Assembly (NCBI GenBank): GCA_938083505.1
Contig: CALKCF010000001.1
Span: 32,001-96,000, forward strand
DNA from: an uncultured archaeon
GTDB lineage: Archaea; Thermoproteota; Nitrososphaeria_A; Caldarchaeales; Wolframiiraptoraceae
Direction of reading: 5' to 3'
Length of the DNA: 64,000 bases
The notes below the pieces were generated by a model, which worked only from the letters and a program-made list of their open reading frames with translations, did no database searches and had not been told where the DNA came from. A program made the position numbers and the translations under genes. This document shows positions 60,860 to 64,000 of the stretch, piece after piece. Position 1 is the first letter of the stretch; each line of letters begins with the position of its first letter.

Positions 60860-61322
60860 TTAACTCCAACGCGTAGGGATTTCTCTGATGACTTGAAGTA
60901 AAGCGGCAAAAGTGTTAAAGACTTAGCTGTGAATGTGAGGTTAGAGTATATCTTTGCTAAAGGTTTTACCTTAACTGACCTATTTATGAACGCTGTTCCA
61001 GGACTCAGCTCTCCAGAAAAGATCTTCTTTGCAACGTCATACGTACTTTCTACTATGTAGTCGGGGACTGGCGTCCTCAGGCATTTCTCTAGTAACGAGA
61101 AAACGTTTAGTCAAACCTTTGTCTAGCTCTATATAAATTGTTAAAGTTTTACCAAACTTCTCCTTCATTATATCTGGCAAATCTCTTATCACATATGCTA
61201 CGCTGAGACTAAAGCCTGACGCTAAGGACATAATTTCTGTATTATTTAACTTTTAACTTTGCCTTTTCGATTGCTGCGACAGCTTTACGAATCCAGCCCT
61301 CTGATAAGAAGTACTCTGCCAC
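60860..61322 (-). pseudogene. Frameshifted SCP2 (sterol-carrier-like) domain gene
   Basis: Reconstructed MAEYFLSEGWI...PDYIVESTYDVAKKIFSGELSPGTAFINRSVKVK; disrupted by a 7-bp tandem duplication (61246-61259) and a frameshift at a C run near 61064-61067. Confidence 0.7.
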
Positions 61323-61356
61323 CAACGTCATTAAGTATGCATGATTTCATATCTCT

Positions 61357-61383
61357 TTTAAATGTAACGCCGTTACGTTTAAA
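61357..61383. promoter_or_regulatory. 27-bp near-perfect inverted repeat between divergent SCP2 and hemerythrin remnants
   Basis: TTTAAATGTAACG-C-CGTTACGTTTAAA. Confidence 0.6.
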
Positions 61384-61421
61384 TACGGGTTAAATTAAGT
61401 TCTTACCATACGAGTGGAGAG

Positions 61422-61906
61422 TTGGATCCCATTAAAGAACTAAGAGAAGATCATAAAAAGTGAAGGACTATGTGTTGGAATTAATTAAAGCACTTAATAA
61501 AAAAGACGTGCAGAAGTCTCTTGAACTTCTGATATTGCTCGACAAACTTGGAGGGCCGCACTTCAGATTCGAAGAGGAAACATTATACCCGATCCTAAAA
61601 AAGTTCTTTGGAGAAAAATATTACCAATATTTGCTGAAGGTCCATGACAGGGTTATCGCTAATGCTAAAAAAATCGTTGAAATTGTAGGTAAGGGATACA
61701 TCACAGAAGATGAGGCAAGAATGCTAATAAGTATGGTTAGATCGGAGATTTTGCCACATCCCATAGAATGTGAAGGTTTAACGTTATTAATGGGCAGGTT
61801 ATCGGAAGAAGAACTTTAGGACTATTGCGAAAACATTGAACAAAGTAGAAATGAGGGCATTCCCTTGCTTGAGTGGGCTGAGACAATTAGGGGTAAAAAG
61901 GTATAG
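61422..61906 (+). pseudogene. Hemerythrin-like domain gene, disrupted
   Basis: MDPIKELREDH then a frameshift in an A run; HFRFEEETLYP, H..., HPIEC; premature TAG 61817-61819 with the reading frame continuing to 61906. Confidence 0.75.
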
Positions 61907-61911
61907 CTAAA

Positions 61912-62195
61912 ATGGAAAAGCTTGTGATAATGATAAACACGACATCCTTCGAGAGGGTTGCTTATGCATTGTCTTTTGCAATCATAGCGGCTGCGCGTGG
62001 CACTGAAGTTTTTGACTCTTTACGTTTGGAAGTTTGTACAGGTTAATTAAAGGAAAGTGTGATTTATTAGACGTTGAGACGGATCCTTCTATAAGATAAT
62101 GAAATAGAATCCGGATAGAAGAGGTTGACAGAGTACTGGGTCTGGCTGCATTTCTTGAATTAGTAGATGATGTCTCAGCAATTATTTATATTTAA
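61912..62195 (+). pseudogene. DsrE/DrsH-like sulfur-carrier remnant
   Basis: MEKLVIMI...AYALSFAIIAAARGTEV, frameshift, LFTFGSL..., and C-terminal LGLAAFLELVDDVSAIIYI; central Cys region missing. Confidence 0.65.
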
Positions 62196-62208
62196 CTTTC
62201 TTTAATCT

Positions 62209-62547
62209 TTAATCTTTTTTATTTAGCGTACCATGTTTATCTGATTTAAGTATTTGACATATCTCACAAATAATATTAGTTATAGATTCACTTGTGGCCT
62301 CATTTTTAACAACCGTGCTAGCCGCGCGGCTTATTAATTCACGGATAACAGGGTTTATTCTCAATTGTTTTATCATTTTAGAGCCGCGCCTTGCGGAGAG
62401 GTACTGACTTATTGCTGGTCTTGTAATTCCGATAATCTTTGCCGCCTCTGTTTGGGATAGTGCATATTTATCAATAAGCTCTTTAGCTATAAGTGCGCGC
62501 ACGGAGGGCATTACCTCAAGAACAAATTTTTCACATGGTGACTTCAA
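62209..62547 (-). CDS. HTH transcriptional regulator (COG2522-like)
   Basis: PCE...PSVRALIAKEL, SQTEAAKIIGITRPAISQYLS.RRG, C-terminal CEIC. Confidence 0.88.
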   Translation of the reverse strand: MKSPCEKFVLEVMPSVRALIAKELIDKYALSQTEAAKIIGITRPAISQYLSARRGSKMIKQLRINPVIRELISRAASTVVKNEATSESITNIICEICQILKSDKHGTLNKKD

Positions 62548-62591
62548 CTTAAGACCTCAATACAAACACTAAGTTATGGGTAAATATAAAT

Positions 62592-63689
62592 TTACACCTT
62601 AGCTGGAGAGAGGGAAAAATTTTTGACCAATTCTTCGTAAAGTTCTAAAACTGTATTCTCATCGTAGATTCCGGAGTTTGATGCAGCTTTGACTACAACA
62701 ACTCCGCCCTTCAAGAACGTTATCGTTACACCTTTTTCGTACTCAAATGTTATTCCCAGCCTTGTCCTTTTCTTTAGATTTATGCTGTTTTGGATGAGCA
62801 GATATTCAATATGATTCAAATCAATCTCCGAGGTTATCGTTATCACGAATACGCCCTTACCATCCCTTCCACAGAGCCCACTCACGAGTTTCTCATTAAG
62901 CGATCTTAAGGCAACTTTGCCACTTCCACATACAGGACAAGTGGGTACTTTAGCAATTTCCACAAAGTCAAAAGACATTTTGTCAATGTTAATATAAAGT
63001 AGACGATTCTTTAGCAACGGGTTTTTGTTCAGCAGAACCCTTACTGCCTCTGATATCTGCACCCCAGATATAATGTCTATAAGTGGAGGGAATACACCGA
63101 CGGTAGCACACTTAGGGAGATCTTCATCCTGAAGACCGAAATAAAAGCATTCAAGACAGGCTGTCTCATTAGGTAAAATTGTTGAAGTTACTCCAATTGT
63201 TTCTATCGCAGCAGCAAATATATACGGAATCTTTAACTTCACAATTGCTCTATTTACTATATACCTTGTTTCAATGTTGTCGAGGCCATCGATTACTATG
63301 TCAACGTCTTCCAGTAACTTTTCGACGTTTTTTGATGAGATGCTTGTTGCAATTGCATCAACCTTTACGTTAGGATTTAAGGAATTTATTCTTTCCTCTA
63401 AAACTTCAACTTTTGGCACATCTACGAAATTTTCTTCATAGAATCTCTGTCTGTGTAAATCCGACAAGGATACTACATCCCTATCTACTATTCGAATGTA
63501 ACCTACACCCATAGCCGCCAGTGTAATGGCGGCAGGCGAGCCCAGTCCTCCAGCTCCCATTATACAAACTCTGCTGGATTTCAGTTTGATCTGACCAGTG
63601 TAACCGATGTAATTGAGTACGATTTGTCTTGAGTACCTCTCCAATTCTTTATCGTTAAGTTCTTCTACTTTCACAAATGGTAGTAACAA
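62592..63689 (-). CDS. MoeB/ThiF/UbaA E1-like adenylyltransferase
   Basis: RYSRQ, GAGGLG, DRD.V..SDLHRQ, DGLDN, CLEC, CATVG, CPVC. Confidence 0.92.
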   Translation of the reverse strand: MLLPFVKVEELNDKELERYSRQIVLNYIGYTGQIKLKSSRVCIMGAGGLGSPAAITLAAMGVGYIRIVDRDVVSLSDLHRQRFYEENFVDVPKVEVLEERINSLNPNVKVDAIATSISSKNVEKLLEDVDIVIDGLDNIETRYIVNRAIVKLKIPYIFAAAIETIGVTSTILPNETACLECFYFGLQDEDLPKCATVGVFPPLIDIISGVQISEAVRVLLNKNPLLKNRLLYINIDKMSFDFVEIAKVPTCPVCGSGKVALRSLNEKLVSGLCGRDGKGVFVITITSEIDLNHIEYLLIQNSINLKKRTRLGITFEYEKGVTITFLKGGVVVVKAASNSGIYDENTVLELYEELVKNFSLSPAKV

Positions 63690-63729
63690 CGTTAACTATA
63701 TAAAGGTGTCGTTAATTTAATGATTAACG

Positions 63730-63975
63730 ATGTTAAAACAGCACATAATTGTGGACGCCCGTTTCAAGTCTTGTCCCGGTCCCTTGATAAGTCATATTGA
63801 GACGAGCAAGTAAGCCAAACCAGGTCAAGTAATAAAACTGCTCACAACCAACCCAGCATCATCCGTAGACGTTAAAGTTTGGATTAAGACTACAAAGTAC
63901 AGGGTGTTAGAAGTGAGGAAAGAAGAGAACGCTTATGAGATCTACGTAGAAGTATTGGGTGATGACTCTGGCTAG
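63730..63975 (+). pseudogene. TusA/SirA-like sulfurtransferase with in-frame stop
   Basis: VDARFKSCPGPL...*AKPGQVIKLLTTNP...DVKVW...YEIYV; TAA at 63811-63813. Confidence 0.75.
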
Positions 63976-64000
63976 CGATGTGCATGGTAGGTATAAGAGA

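Noticed and set aside
61817-61819. In-frame TAG in the hemerythrin-like gene as a pyrrolysine or read-through codon
   Set aside because: The gene also has an N-terminal frameshift, its neighbours are pseudogenes, and no pyl genes are in the window

Overview
Gene-dense archaeal chromosomal window, roughly 42% GC by eye. It carries L10e, L21e, L37e, Rpo4, Pus10, SRP54, proteasome beta, aCPSF1/FttA, Lsm, CDC48, RtcB and a BHB-type tRNA intron. Gene content suggests a thermophilic Thermoproteota/TACK lineage, but that assignment is inference. Also present are an ETF plus membrane Fe-S oxidoreductase module, an 8-gene lysC-asd-aroA'-aroB'-aroD-aroE-aroK-aroA operon (archaeal alternative shikimate route), feoAB with a DtxR-type box, a proline/sarcosine-dehydrogenase-like pair, heme O synthase, ppsA, three nucleotidyltransferases, copA, acr3, two tRNAs, a peptide ABC transporter with two M29-like peptidases, and a decaying SCP2/hemerythrin/DsrE/TusA island at the right end. 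No CRISPR array, integrase or transposase was seen. Two non-coding signals stand out. (1) The leader of the aromatic operon encodes a short Phe/Tyr/Trp-rich peptide and can form mutually exclusive helices, one of which buries the lysC Shine-Dalgarno; this is a candidate archaeal ribosome-mediated attenuator. (2) A stand-alone, promoter-driven GC-rich ncRNA (44592-44804, minus strand) is closed by a canonical bulge-helix-bulge motif and is predicted to be spliced into a 190-nt circular RNA with a GAAA-tetraloop junction. A Tam41-like NTase-kinase fusion is a third lead.
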